A stretch of 64,000 bases of DNA from Chloroflexota bacterium. GTDB lineage: Bacteria; Chloroflexota; Chloroflexia; QHBQ01. Numbering within the stretch: position 1 is the stretch's first letter; the number at the start of each line of letters is the position of its first letter. Below, one piece after another: positions 11,093 through 21,474 of the stretch. The notes below the pieces were generated by a model, which saw only the letters and a program-made list of their open reading frames with translations, searched no databases and was not told the origin of the DNA. The position numbers and the translations under genes are program-made. The DNA is taken from positions 1 through 64,000 of the forward strand of contig JAYUUN010000111.1 of assembly GCA_043754535.1 (NCBI GenBank), in the 5' to 3' direction.

Positions 11093-11154
11093 ACTTGCCC
11101 CCGATTTGTGCGCGCACCACAGCCTTCACCAGGCAGCGTCGGGCATCAGTCCGG

Positions 11155-12645
11155 TTAGTAGCTCCTGGCGTAAATCACACGGTACTTACCGGGCTGGCCG
11201 GAGTAGATATCCGGCTGCGGCTCGCCTGCCTCGCCGCCCGCTTGCTCGGCAGCCGGGTGGTCGAGGTACTTGAGGGGGATGCAGCGGATCGTGGCCTTCG
11301 TCGCAGTCTTGATCGCCTCCTCGGTCTCTGCCGTGCCGTCCCACCAGCAGTCAATGAAGCCGCGCTGGTTGGCGATCACCTCGCTGAACTGGGCGAAGTC
11401 GCTGACTGTACGTGTGCCAGCGGCTAGCTTCTCCTGCGCCGCCTGGTACATCGCCTGCTGGATGTCGTCTAGCAATCCCTTGACGGTCACGGCCACTTCG
11501 CCGGCGGCCACGATCTGCTTGGCGCGGGTGTCGCGGCGCACCAGCACCACATTGCCGCTCGCTACGTCACGCGGGCCGATCTCCATCCGCAACGGCACGC
11601 CCTTCAGTTCGTACTCGCTGTACTTCCAACCAGAGCGATGTTCTGTGTCCCTGTCCACGCGGGCGCGCACCCCAGCAGCCTTGAGGCTGGCGGCCACACT
11701 GTCGGCGGCAGCCATGGTGCTGTCCATCTCGGCCTCGTTCTTCCAGATCGGGATGATGATCACCTGGATCGGGGCGACCTTCGGCGGCAGGCGCAGGCCG
11801 TTGTCATCGCCATGCACCATAATCAGGCCGCCCAGCATTCGGGTGCTGAGTCCCCAACTGGTGGAGTAGGCGTACTCGCGCTCGTTCTGCTTGTTGAGGA
11901 ACTGGATGTCGAAGGCGCGGGCGAAGTGGTCGCCCAGGTCGTGGCTGGTGCCAGACTGCAACGCCTTGCCGTCGCCCATCATCGCCTCGATGGTATAGGT
12001 GTTGACCGCGCCAGGGAACTTCTCGCTCGGACTCTTGCGCCCCGGCACAACCGGGATCGCCAAGTCGTCTTGGGCGAAGTCGGTATAGACCTTGAGCATC
12101 TGAATGGTGCGCTCCTCGGCCTCCTGGGGGGTGGCGTGGCAGGTGTGGCCCTCCTGCCAGAGGAACTCGGAGGTACGCAGGAATAGGCGCGTCACCTTCT
12201 CCCAGCGCACCACATTGGCCCACTGGTTGATCAGGATCGGCAGGTCGCGCCACGATTGTACCCACTGCGCGTACATATGGCAGATGATCGCTTCGCTGGT
12301 TGGGCGTACTACTAGCGGCTCCTCTAGCTTCTCGCCACCAGCCTGGGTGACGAGCGCGACCTGGGGGGCGAAGCCCTCGACGTGTTCGGCCTCCTTCATC
12401 AGGAAGCTCTGTGGGATGAATAGCGGGAAGTAGGCGTTCTCGCAGCCGCTCTCTTTGATGCGCCCGTCCAGGTGGCTCTGCATATTCTCCCAGAGGCCGT
12501 AGCCGTAGGGACGGATCACCATGCTGCCGCGCACCGGTGAGTAGTCGGCGAGCTTGGCCCGCAGCACCACGTCGGTGTACCACTTGGAGAAGTCGTCCTG
12601 GTCGGCGATCTCCTCGTTGCGCTTGATGTTCTGTTCGTCGCTCAT
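11155..12645 (-). CDS. proS: Proline--tRNA ligase (archaeal/eukaryotic type)
   Basis: RPTSE, INQWANVVRWE, LFLRTSEFLWQEGHT, C-terminal YARSY. Confidence 0.96.
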   Translation of the reverse strand: MSDEQNIKRNEEIADQDDFSKWYTDVVLRAKLADYSPVRGSMVIRPYGYGLWENMQSHLDGRIKESGCENAYFPLFIPQSFLMKEAEHVEGFAPQVALVTQAGGEKLEEPLVVRPTSEAIICHMYAQWVQSWRDLPILINQWANVVRWEKVTRLFLRTSEFLWQEGHTCHATPQEAEERTIQMLKVYTDFAQDDLAIPVVPGRKSPSEKFPGAVNTYTIEAMMGDGKALQSGTSHDLGDHFARAFDIQFLNKQNEREYAYSTSWGLSTRMLGGLIMVHGDDNGLRLPPKVAPIQVIIIPIWKNEAEMDSTMAAADSVAASLKAAGVRARVDRDTEHRSGWKYSEYELKGVPLRMEIGPRDVASGNVVLVRRDTRAKQIVAAGEVAVTVKGLLDDIQQAMYQAAQEKLAAGTRTVSDFAQFSEVIANQRGFIDCWWDGTAETEEAIKTATKATIRCIPLKYLDHPAAEQAGGEAGEPQPDIYSGQPGKYRVIYARSY

Positions 12646-12844
12646 CGTTTTTGCTCCTTCAAGCTGGTTTGGGGCGCATGTCTACGCCCTCGGCGGAGTG
12701 CAGTCGGGGTTGGGGGTTAGGGACAGGCCGCGTCGCTCATGGGCAGCAAGCTGGCTGCTCAGTGCATGGCTAGCGGCCCGCTAGGGATCAGGTGCAGGCT
12801 GGAGGAGTAGAAGCGGAGGCTGGTGACTTGTAGCGACTTGCCCA

Positions 12845-13201
12845 TCACATATTATCCAGACCGTTCAGGTTGAAGCCTTGCAGCAGGAAGACGACGAAGG
12901 CAACGTAGAGCAGCACGCCAGTCAGGGCTGTCAGCACTGTAATCGTGACTCCCGCCGTCAACACCGCGCTATTGTGGTTGAGTACCCCTTGTACGATCTT
13001 CGCCAGGCCGTAGAACAGGAGGGCCAGAGCCAGCCCAACAGCGACGGACACGCCGACAATGAGTAGCAGTTGGCGGATTGGCACGCCCTTGACCAGTAGG
13101 TAGACGGCGGCGGCCAGGCTCAGAAGGGCCAGCAAGCCCGCAATCAGCCACTCTACGCCGCTCCGCTGGTTCGGTGGATAGTTGTCTTGTTGGTAGGTCA
13201 C
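12845..13201 (-). CDS. Small membrane protein (about 3 TM)
   Basis: Hydrophobic ORF, GTG start after GGAGAGG. Confidence 0.6.
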   Translation of the reverse strand: MTYQQDNYPPNQRSGVEWLIAGLLALLSLAAAVYLLVKGVPIRQLLLIVGVSVAVGLALALLFYGLAKIVQGVLNHNSAVLTAGVTITVLTALTGVLLYVAFVVFLLQGFNLNGLDNM

Positions 13202-13222
13202 AACATCCTCTCCCTAATCTTC

Positions 13223-13972
13223 TAACAAGCCGTTGATCACTTGCATCAACTCGCTCATCTCCCCAATCACCGCCTCTGGCTGGGCTACCTGCGAGTCGGA
13301 GGGCTTACGCTGCGGATTATACCAGATCGCCCGCATCCCCGCTGCTTGCGCGCCCGCCACGTCGTAGGGCAGGCTATCGCCAACGTGGACGACCGTCTCC
13401 GCTGGGGGGTTGCCCAACGCAGCTAGCGCGGCCTGGTAGATGCGCTTATCTGTCTTGTAGTAGCCAGCACCCGCCGAGGTAATAACTGCGCCAAAGTAGC
13501 GGCGCAGGCCCAGCCCTTCTAGCGACCAGTCGAGAAAGGGCGGGTAGACCGCATTGCTGACCACGACGAGCGGTAGGTTGAGCGCGGCGATCTGCTCTAG
13601 CGCACCTGCTACCCCCGCTGTCGGCGCGATGTCAGATAGGTAGGCTCGTTGCGTCTGCGCCAGAGCCGCGCCAAGCTGGGTCGCACTCACGTCTGCGCCA
13701 AGCTGCTCGTTCAGCACGCGCACCAGGGCGGCCTGGGCCGAGACTTCACGCCCGCTGGCCTTCGCCTCCTTGCGGATGTCGGCGTAGAGCGCATCGGCTT
13801 CGGGGAAGACGCTATCGCCGCGGCTGCCAAGCAAGCCACGGACACAGCTATCATCGCTGCTGTTCGCCAAGTAGCGGAGAACATCACTGGCGAGAGTGTA
13901 GACCTCGTGCTGGAACCAGCTATCGCAGCGCACCAGCGTGTCGTGGAAGTCGAAGCTAATCGCCCTGATCAT
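13223..13972 (-). CDS. HAD-superfamily hydrolase
   Basis: FDFHDTL motif I, VGDSLPYDVAGA motif IV; ends at TTA 13223-13225 (standard-code stop 13214). Confidence 0.85.
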
Positions 13973-14026
13973 AGGGCTATTGTAGCACAAAGCGGGGGGA
14001 CGTGCCACCAACTTTTGGCGTAGAGT

Positions 14027-14649
14027 TCAGCCCTGCTTGTTGATCGCCTGCACCCACTGCACCAGTGTGTAGACTTCGCGCACGTTGCTAACACCCTTGA
14101 TGACCAGAGGTTGGGGAACATAGCTGCCACCTGTGTAGGAAACAGCGTGCCTAATCAGTGAGATAGAGCCGCTACCGCCTTGCCGCTCGTGCAGACGTAC
14201 TTCGTCAACTGCCTCCAGATTGAGATGAGATCGATCTCGTACTTGCTCTTCCCCACTATGCCCGCCGCAATCATCCGCCTGCTGGTCAAGCAGTAGTGCG
14301 TGCGGCTGACAGTGGCTAGCAAAGTCATGGAGCCAGCATGACCAGCAAGCAGGATGAGGAGTAGGGAGACCAGCACCACAATCAGTCCTGTACCACGCAC
14401 GTTGGTGTGCCAACCAAGTGGCGGCGTGCTAAGCATGTCGATCATGCCAATCGCGATGAAGGAGGCGGCCAGGAGCAAGCAGATGCCAACTATCAGCCAG
14501 TAGCCAACATGGGTTGACCTACCTGTAGCAGGTGATTGTCCCTGCCACAGCACCCGCTCCCCTGGTTCGAGGTAGCGGCTGATCCCACCTTTAGCGGGTA
14601 TCGGCTGAGGCGGTTGGGTTTTGGTCTGATCGCCCTTCACACGCTCCAT
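14027..14649 (-). pseudogene. Membrane protein with PH-like domain, frameshifted by a 5-bp duplication
   Basis: Own RBS (AGGAGAG) and ATG 14649; YLEPGERVLWQG, two TM helices, YCLTSRR; ATCTC duplicated at 14222-14231. Confidence 0.7.
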
Positions 14650-14661
14650 CTTGCTCTCTCC

Positions 14662-15333
14662 TAAATTGTTTAGTTCCGCCCGCCACTGGCGCAGGAGGGC
14701 CAAGCCCGCGCTCACTTTCGCTCGGTTCGCTGCGCCGTTGAGCCAATGACTCACTCCGCTGGGGTGAGGAAGCGGTAGGTAGCGGCGGCCCGCCTCGTCG
14801 GTGAAGCCCTGCCCAACCACCTTGTCCAGGCTGATCTGGCTTTTCTTCAGGCCTAGCGGTTGCAGGAAGGTGTTGATCGCCAGTAGGCCAACCATGATTA
14901 CTATACGCGGTTGCACCAGGCGAAGTTGCGCCTCCAGGTAAGGGCGGCAGAGGGCCTGCTCTGCCAGGCTGGGTACGCGGTCGCCCGCCGCCCCTGGTAG
15001 CCGACCGGGGTAGCACTTGGTGATCGAGGTTATGTACATGAAGTCGCGCCACTGCTCTGCTGGTTCGAGGCCAGCCTCGCGGAACCAGCCGACCAGCCGT
15101 CGATTGCTCCCCGGTGTGCCAAACGGTACATCGTTGACCAGGCCGCCGATCCCTGGTGCCTGACCACATAGCATCAGCGGCAGCGATGTGGGCCGAAAGG
15201 CGACTGGCGCAGCCCGCTCAAGGTAGCCCCCTACCTCGCAGCGGCGGCAACTGCGTATCACAGCGTGCAGGCCAGGCAGGTCGCCAAGCTGGTAGATCGC
15301 TGTGCTGTCGCGCCAAATCTCGTTGCTGTCCAT
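14662..15333 (-). CDS. Uracil-DNA glycosylase family protein
   Basis: CRRC, GQAPG, SITKCYPG, LPHPSG motifs; ends at TTA 14662-14664 (standard code fuses it to the next gene, to 14155). Confidence 0.85.
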
Positions 15334-15432
15334 CTTTGCTTTCCCAGGGGAGAAACTTTGCGCCTATTATACAGTATCGGCAGCTTGCCACGCCGTGGTA
15401 TACTGTCCCCATCTCCACCGAGGTGCAGCGCG

Positions 15433-17418
15433 ATGACCTATTCCCTCTCCCCCCGCCAGATGCAGAGCTTGCGGGCCGCCTGCGACGCACTGATCCCCAG
15501 CCTGCGCCGCGACGATGATCCCCACCGCTTCTTCGCCACTGGTGCGCTTGATCTGGGCGTGCCAGAGCGGGTAGCCGAGTTGATCGCTGCCTTGCCAAAC
15601 GCCGCCACGCGCAACGAGATCGGGCAGTTGCTGGCTGCGCTGGCGAACCCCGCTGCCAACATTGCCCTCAGCGGGACGGCGCGTCCCTTCCACCAGATGA
15701 GCATCGCTAAACGCGAAGCTACCCTGCGCCGCTGGGCGGTCAGCAAGCTGTTCCTGCGGCGTAAGGCGTTCCAGGCTCTCAAGCGGCTAGCAACCTTCGC
15801 TTACTACACCCAGGTTGACGAGGCGGGCAGCAGCCCTGCCTTGCGTGGGATCGGCTACCCAGGGCCGCTCAGTACCCTGGTGGTAGGCGAACGCACCTTG
15901 AAGCTGACGGAGATCGCGGAGGATAGCACGCTCGACTGCGACGCAGTGGTCGTTGGTAGCGGGGCGGGCGGTGGCGTAGTGGCAGCCAAGCTGGCGGCGG
16001 CTGGCAAGCAGGTGATAGTGCTTGAGATGGGCGGCTATTACGCCGAAGCAGACTTCACCTGGCGTGAACGCGACGGGCTGGCAAACCTCTACCTCGAAGG
16101 CGGGATGTGCCAGAGCCGCGACCTGGGCATGATGATCCTGGCTGGGCGCGCCCTCGGCGGTGGCACCCTTGTCAACTATAGCACCAGCTTTGCCACCCCC
16201 GATGGCGTGCGCGAGGAGTGGGCGGGCGAACACGGCCTGCCCCAGTTCACCACCGCTGCCTACAGCCGCGCCCTGGCCGAGGTCAGCGCACGGTCGGGGG
16301 TTAGCACTGCCTACAACACCCCCAGCTGCCGCGACCGCAAGCTGGCCGAGGGCTTGCAGAAGCTGAAGCTGCACAGCGGCCTGATGCCCCGCAACGTGCG
16401 CGACTGCTCGCAGGCCGAGGATTGTGGCTACTGCGTCTACGGTTGTCGGCGCGGGGCCAAGCAGTCTACGATGAAGACTTTTTTGCAAGACGCGAACGAC
16501 GCTGGGGCGCAGATCGTGGTCAACTGCCAGGTGGAGCGGGTGACGATCCAGCAGGGGCGGGCGACCGGGGTGGAGGCGACGGTTCGCAATGCCAGTGGTA
16601 CGTACAAGCTGCGGGTGCGGGCGAAGGCAGTAGTGGTGGCGGGGGGCAGCCTCCACAGCCCGGCCCTGCTGCTGCGCTCTGGCCTGAGCAACCCCAATAT
16701 TGGCAGGCACCTGCACCTGCACCCCTGCACTGGGGTTTGGGGCCGCTTCAGCGAGCCAGTCAACCCCTGGGGCGGTGTAATGCAGGCGGTCTACTCCGAC
16801 GAGTACGCCAACCAGGATGGACGTGGCTACGGCGTGAAGTTGGAGACCGCCCCGGTTCACCCCAGCGTGCTGCTGGTGGCGACCGCCTGGGAGAGCGGCG
16901 AGCAGCACAAATCGCTGATGGCCCAGTACCCCCACCTCACCCCCATCGGCCTGCTCACCCGCGACATTGGCAGTGGGCGGGTTAGCCTGGATCGCGCTGG
17001 TCAACCAGTGGTAGACTACAAGGTTAGCCCCTTCGACTGGGCGCACATCCGCCCTGCTATCGAGGGAGCAGCGAAGATACTGGCTGCCGCCGGTGCCGAG
17101 GAGGTGTTCAGCACCCAGAGCCGCTACGTAAACTGGCTGCCAGCCAGCCAGCCGCTTGAGGGCTTCCTGCGGCGAGTGGATGCTGCCGACTATGGGCCGT
17201 TGCAGATGGGCTTCCTCAGCTATCACCAGATGGGTAGCTGCCGCATGGGGGACAGTCCCCGCCGCTCGGTGGTCAACCCACAGAACGAGAGCCACGAGGT
17301 GCGCGGCCTGTTCGTCACCGACGCATCCACCTTCCCATCGGCTAGCGGGGTCAATCCAATGCTGACGATCATGGCAATAGCCGCCTGTGCGGGCGAGGTG
17401 ATTGTTAGCAAGCTATGA
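15433..17418 (+). CDS. GMC oxidoreductase (long-chain alcohol oxidase-like)
   Basis: VVGSGAGGGV FAD motif, GRALGGGTLVN, HQMGSCRMG, FPSASGVNPMLT. Confidence 0.9.
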   Translation: MTYSLSPRQMQSLRAACDALIPSLRRDDDPHRFFATGALDLGVPERVAELIAALPNAATRNEIGQLLAALANPAANIALSGTARPFHQMSIAKREATLRRWAVSKLFLRRKAFQALKRLATFAYYTQVDEAGSSPALRGIGYPGPLSTLVVGERTLKLTEIAEDSTLDCDAVVVGSGAGGGVVAAKLAAAGKQVIVLEMGGYYAEADFTWRERDGLANLYLEGGMCQSRDLGMMILAGRALGGGTLVNYSTSFATPDGVREEWAGEHGLPQFTTAAYSRALAEVSARSGVSTAYNTPSCRDRKLAEGLQKLKLHSGLMPRNVRDCSQAEDCGYCVYGCRRGAKQSTMKTFLQDANDAGAQIVVNCQVERVTIQQGRATGVEATVRNASGTYKLRVRAKAVVVAGGSLHSPALLLRSGLSNPNIGRHLHLHPCTGVWGRFSEPVNPWGGVMQAVYSDEYANQDGRGYGVKLETAPVHPSVLLVATAWESGEQHKSLMAQYPHLTPIGLLTRDIGSGRVSLDRAGQPVVDYKVSPFDWAHIRPAIEGAAKILAAAGAEEVFSTQSRYVNWLPASQPLEGFLRRVDAADYGPLQMGFLSYHQMGSCRMGDSPRRSVVNPQNESHEVRGLFVTDASTFPSASGVNPMLTIMAIAACAGEVIVSKL

Positions 17419-17462
17419 ACCAGCAGGCACGGGGCAGAGTATAAGCAAATCGGTGCAAACTC

Positions 17463-17491
17463 TTGCATTTTTGCACGGTTTCAGTTATACT
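17463..17491 (+). promoter_or_regulatory. sigma70 promoter of rpsP operon
   Basis: TTGCAT-17 nt-TATACT. Confidence 0.6.
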
Positions 17492-17584
17492 TCGCCCAAC
17501 GCCTGTGACCTGGCAGGCAATTGCATTCCTGTGTCAGAAAAAAGCGCGTGCCTGTTGGCCGCGTAAGAGGAGAGAGGGTTTACT

Positions 17585-17917
17585 TTGGTTAAGATTCGCC
17601 TGCGTCGTACTGGGGCCAAGAAGGCTCCCGCCTACCGTATCGTCGTTGCGGACAGCCGCAGCCCCCGTGATGGTCGCTTCATCGAGACTATCGGCATCTA
17701 CAACCCGCTGACCGAGCCGACCACCCTGCAAGTCAAGGCCGACCGCGCTACCTATTGGCTGGATAATGGCGCGCAAGCGAGCGACACCTGCGCCCGCCTG
17801 CTGACCAAAGCAGGCGTGCAGCACAGCACCCTGACCAAGCTGATGGGTGAACTTCGCAGCAAGATAGATGCCCACAACAGTCGGGGCGAAGCCGCCGCCG
17901 CTGCCGCCGCTGAGTAA
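17585..17917 (+). CDS. rpsP: 30S ribosomal protein S16
   Basis: [34 protein letters not shown]. Confidence 0.98.
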   Translation: MVKIRLRRTGAKKAPAYRIVVADSRSPRDGRFIETIGIYNPLTEPTTLQVKADRATYWLDNGAQASDTCARLLTKAGVQHSTLTKLMGELRSKIDAHNSRGEAAAAAAAE

Positions 17918-17956
17918 GTAGCCCGCCATGCTAGTGCGGCTAGAGAGGGTAGCAGG

Positions 17957-18184
17957 ATGAAGGATTTGGTCGAGTACATCGTCGCCCGCCTCGTCAACCA
18001 CCCGGATGCAGTCAAGGTGACAGAGATTCGCAGCGACTTCAACATCACCATCGAACTGACGGTTGACCCCGCTGATGTGGGTAAGATCATTGGCAAGGAT
18101 GGCCGGGTCGTCAAGGCGATCCGCGCCCTGGTCGGCATCATCGCCGCCCGTGAGGGTAAGCGCGTCAACCTGGAAGTGATGTAA
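17957..18184 (+). CDS. khpA: KH-domain RNA-binding protein
   Basis: DVGKIIGKDGR; conserved position after rpsP. Confidence 0.92.
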   Translation: MKDLVEYIVARLVNHPDAVKVTEIRSDFNITIELTVDPADVGKIIGKDGRVVKAIRALVGIIAAREGKRVNLEVM

Positions 18185-18186
18185 CT

Positions 18187-18744
18187 TTGGCAGAGAGCAA
18201 CCTACAACCGGAGTACCTGATCATTGGCCGCATTGCGGGGCCGTTCGGCGTGCGTGGCGAGATCAAGATGGAGGTGCTGGGCGACTTCCCAGACCGCTAT
18301 CGCACGCTCAAGAGCGTCACCCTCGGTGGTGGCTTCGATGGCACCCAGTCTCGCCGCCACTACAAGCTGCTTACCGTCCGCCAGCGCACAGTCAAGGATC
18401 AACTACTGATTCGCCTCGAAGGGGTTGCGACCCCTGAAGCGGTGGACACCCTGCGCGGCCAACTGGTGCAGATACCAATCAGCGAGGCCCCGCCGCTGGC
18501 CGAGGGCGAACACTACGTCTTCCAGGTAATCGGTCTGGATGTACGGTTGCAAGATGGTAGCAGCATCGGCAAGATCAAGGATGTCCTCCAGATGTCGGGC
18601 AACGATGTCTACCTGATCACCCCTAGCGACCCCGCCGCGAAGACGAAGGAGTACCTGATCCCCATCGTGGATGAGATCGTCAAGGAAGTGAACCCGGAGG
18701 AAGGCTACGTGGTAGTCGCCCCTATCGAGGGGATGTTGGAGTGA
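18187..18744 (+). CDS. rimM: Ribosome maturation factor RimM
   Basis: IGRIAGPFGVRGEIK, YVFQVIGL, EYLIP. Confidence 0.95.
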   Translation: MAESNLQPEYLIIGRIAGPFGVRGEIKMEVLGDFPDRYRTLKSVTLGGGFDGTQSRRHYKLLTVRQRTVKDQLLIRLEGVATPEAVDTLRGQLVQIPISEAPPLAEGEHYVFQVIGLDVRLQDGSSIGKIKDVLQMSGNDVYLITPSDPAAKTKEYLIPIVDEIVKEVNPEEGYVVVAPIEGMLE

Positions 18745-18819
18745 CGAGCCGAAAGAGATGAGGGAGCAGAGTTAGGCGCATCGTTTCGGTGCGCCTTCTG
18801 CATAGCAGAGGAGGCGGTA

Positions 18820-19323
18820 ATGGACTTGCGCGCAGAGGTGTTGACACGGACGCGGGAGTTGCTGGCGGATGGTAAGCCGCGCATGGCGAAAGAGATCGCC
18901 GCTGAACTGCTCAAGCGCGGGCTGGCGGGGGTGGACAAGTCGCTGGTCAACAGCGTGCTGGCAGTCGAGGGCAAGGGCCAGTTCAGCTACGACCGAACCA
19001 GCTACGCCTACACGCTGGCTGGGGCAGACGGTCAACCGCCAGCGACACCGCCCACAGACGGCGCGGCCACCGCCAGCCCGAAGCCGCAGCGCGAGCCAGC
19101 CGACCCCGCCCTGCGCCAGCGGGTGCTAGCTGCCACCCGCGAACTGCTGGCTGACGGCAAGCAGCGCATGAGCAAGGAGATCGCCGCTGAGTTGGCGAGG
19201 CGAGGGGTGCAGGCCGACAAGTCGCTAGTCAATAGCGTGCTGGCGGTCGAAGGCAAGGGTCAGTTCAGCTACGACCGCGAGAAGTACACCTACACACTGA
19301 ACCAGGAGGCGCAGCGTGGATGA
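18820..19323 (+). CDS. Protein with two tandem winged-helix-like domains
   Basis: Duplicated LRxxVLxxTRELLADGKxRMxKEIAAELxxRG...DKSLVNSVLAVEGKGQFSYDR; GGAGG RBS. Confidence 0.75.
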   Translation: MDLRAEVLTRTRELLADGKPRMAKEIAAELLKRGLAGVDKSLVNSVLAVEGKGQFSYDRTSYAYTLAGADGQPPATPPTDGAATASPKPQREPADPALRQRVLAATRELLADGKQRMSKEIAAELARRGVQADKSLVNSVLAVEGKGQFSYDREKYTYTLNQEAQRG

Positions 19324-20341
19324 GCAACTAGCAGGGCTGGCCGCTCGCTTTCGTTACTTCGCCGCCCAGGAGACGCAGGGTACTACCCCCCTCTATGAGC
19401 GGTTGGCGGTCAATATCGCTGGCGACCCGTTGGTACTTGCTATTGCTACTCACGCCCGCCCAGAGCAGCCGTTGCCGCACCTCTTCTTCGCTGTAGTGCA
19501 TTACCTGCTGCTCAAGCAGCCTGGTGCAGAGCTTGCCCGCTACTATCCAGACCTCAACGCTGCGCCAGCGTCGGACGATCCCTACCCAGCCTTTCAAGCC
19601 TTCTGCCTTGAACACCGGGCTGAGATCGAGGAGGTGATTGCCACGCGGCGGGTACAGACCAACGAGGTGAGCCGCTGTGCCTGTACGCTACCTGCTTTCG
19701 GGCTGGTAGCGGAGCGCACAGGGCAACCGCTTTGGCTGATCGAGGTGGGAACCAGCGCAGGCTTCAACCTGCTTTGGGATCAGTACGGCTACGACTATGG
19801 TAATGGCTTGCGCTGGGGCGACCTAACCTCGCCCCTACAGCTAAACTGTGAACTACGCGGTAAGCAACCATCCCTACCCGTCAAAATCCCATCAGTCTAC
19901 AATCGTATTGGCCTAGACCTTAACCCACTGGATGTTAACGACCCTGACACGGTACTCTGGCTGCGGGCATTGATCTGGCCCGAACTACGTGAGCGTGTGC
20001 TGCTGCTGCAACAAGCGATCAGCATGACACAGATGATGCAGCCGACCCTGATCGCGGGTGATGCGCTGGCAACCCTGCCAGGGGTGCTGCATGGCGCACC
20101 TACTGACGTAGCCCTAGTCGTCTACCACAGCTCCACCCTTAATCAGTTTCCAACCTCGTCGCAGGCGCACTTCAGGACGATCCTAGAGGAGATTGCCCTC
20201 AAACGCGACCTCTACCACATCAGCCTGGAGTGGGAGCAAAACAATTACGAACTGACACTAACCAGCTACCACCATGATAAGCAGGAGCGCGAGGTACTAG
20301 CTTACTGTAACGCGCATGGCAAGTGGCTAGAGTGGCTATTA
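19316..20341 (+). CDS. DUF2332 family protein
   Basis: VQTNEVSR, LIEVGTSAGFNL, GLDLNPLD, terminal HGKWLEWL; ends at TTA 20339-20341 (standard-code stop 20512). Confidence 0.85.
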
Positions 20342-20539
20342 CCCTTCTCTGCTCGACAGTGCGCTGCGGCGAGGGTTAGTAGCAGGGTTGTCAATGATGT
20401 CGTTGATGTAATCGCTCTCGATGGTATTCGGCACTGCCTGCACCCCCAGGAGGTGGAGGAAAGCGATGGAATAGGTGTTGTCCTTATGCGTATAGGTGAC
20501 AATACGCGGTAGCTTCATGACGTTAAAGGCATGACCCAC
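20339..20539 (-). pseudogene. C-terminal remnant of a RimJ/RimL-type GNAT acetyltransferase
   Basis: GHAFNVMKLPRIVTYTHKDNTYSIAFLHLLG resembles the GNAT C-terminal motif; no N-terminal part. Confidence 0.5.
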
Positions 20540-20587
20540 CGTACCCTGATCCCTGAGCTACCCTTCGTCAAGAATGAGGTGAAGACC

Positions 20588-21334
20588 ATGCTAACTAACA
20601 CGTTCAATCCCCGCATCTTCTCTGTGATCGCGCTCATCGTTGTGCTGACCGTACTGGTCGGTTGTGGCAGTTCGGATGTTGCCAGCAGTGGTAACTCCTC
20701 CCCTGCGATAATTATACCCAGCCCTGCCGAAACTGGCACCGACCCCACCGCTGCTACCCCAGTGCTGGTCGGCACCCCTGGCGCACTGAGTGGCACCTTT
20801 GTTGCACGCCCGCTAACCAACGCCTCGCTCGACGAGATCAAAGCGGTGGCTATGGACTTCCTCCTTAAGAACTTTGGTACCAACCATGAAACACCCAGCA
20901 TAGTGTTCGCTCAGTTCGTCACCCAGGAAGACCTGGACAACATGGAGATAGACGCGCCTAACTTCAGTAGCATCGAAACTCCCCCGCTTGCCATGGTCAT
21001 ATTCAAGGGCGATCTTACGCCAGTTAGGATGCTACGAGCAGCGGCACCAGGTACGCCGCTCCCCCGAGGTCACTACGCTGCCTTGATCTTCGAGTTGTGG
21101 TGTGGCTGTGCTACCAGCGTATCAGTATCACCCGACGGCTCCGTGTTCAAGAAAGCATTGAACGATCCATCTATACCAGAGCGGAAGTTGCCGTTCGTGA
21201 AGATGAAGCGGCTTGGCCCAGAGGAGAGGAACGTACACTATGGTGGTATGATGCCTACACTAGGGCCAACGAAGACCGCAGATGGAACGAAGGGTGGTCC
21301 TGAACCCACAACAACAACCAGGCCCGCTCCCTGA
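20588..21334 (+). CDS. Putative lipoprotein
   Basis: Signal peptide with lipobox VLVG-C, S/T/P-rich linker; GAGGTG RBS. Confidence 0.7.
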   Translation: MLTNTFNPRIFSVIALIVVLTVLVGCGSSDVASSGNSSPAIIIPSPAETGTDPTAATPVLVGTPGALSGTFVARPLTNASLDEIKAVAMDFLLKNFGTNHETPSIVFAQFVTQEDLDNMEIDAPNFSSIETPPLAMVIFKGDLTPVRMLRAAAPGTPLPRGHYAALIFELWCGCATSVSVSPDGSVFKKALNDPSIPERKLPFVKMKRLGPEERNVHYGGMMPTLGPTKTADGTKGGPEPTTTTRPAP

Positions 21335-21363
21335 ACCCATCACACCAACTAAGCAACTGAAGC

Positions 21364-21392
21364 AACCCCTCTCTTACGGGAGGGGTTTTGTT
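21364..21392. terminator. Intrinsic terminator between lipoprotein gene and hisE
   Basis: AACCCCTCTC-TTAC-GGGAGGGGTT followed by T-rich tract. Confidence 0.7.
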
Positions 21393-21474
21393 TGGAATGC
21401 AATAAACCACTGCTCACGCCCGCACCTGTTGTGGACCTGAACAACAGGAACGAGGGAGTACGGCTGGTAGCCGC

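Noticed and set aside
12646..12844. T-box upstream of proS
   Set aside because: No GGTGGNACC motif or stem I features; a 28-aa ORF there has no support
14155..15333. Novel UDG-membrane fusion protein
   Set aside because: Internal RBS and ATG follow a TTA; better explained as two genes
15787..17295. Long antisense or alternate-frame ORFs (also 25832-27094, 40399-41400, 11804-12583)
   Set aside because: Shadow ORFs of high-GC coding genes, with no motifs or RBS
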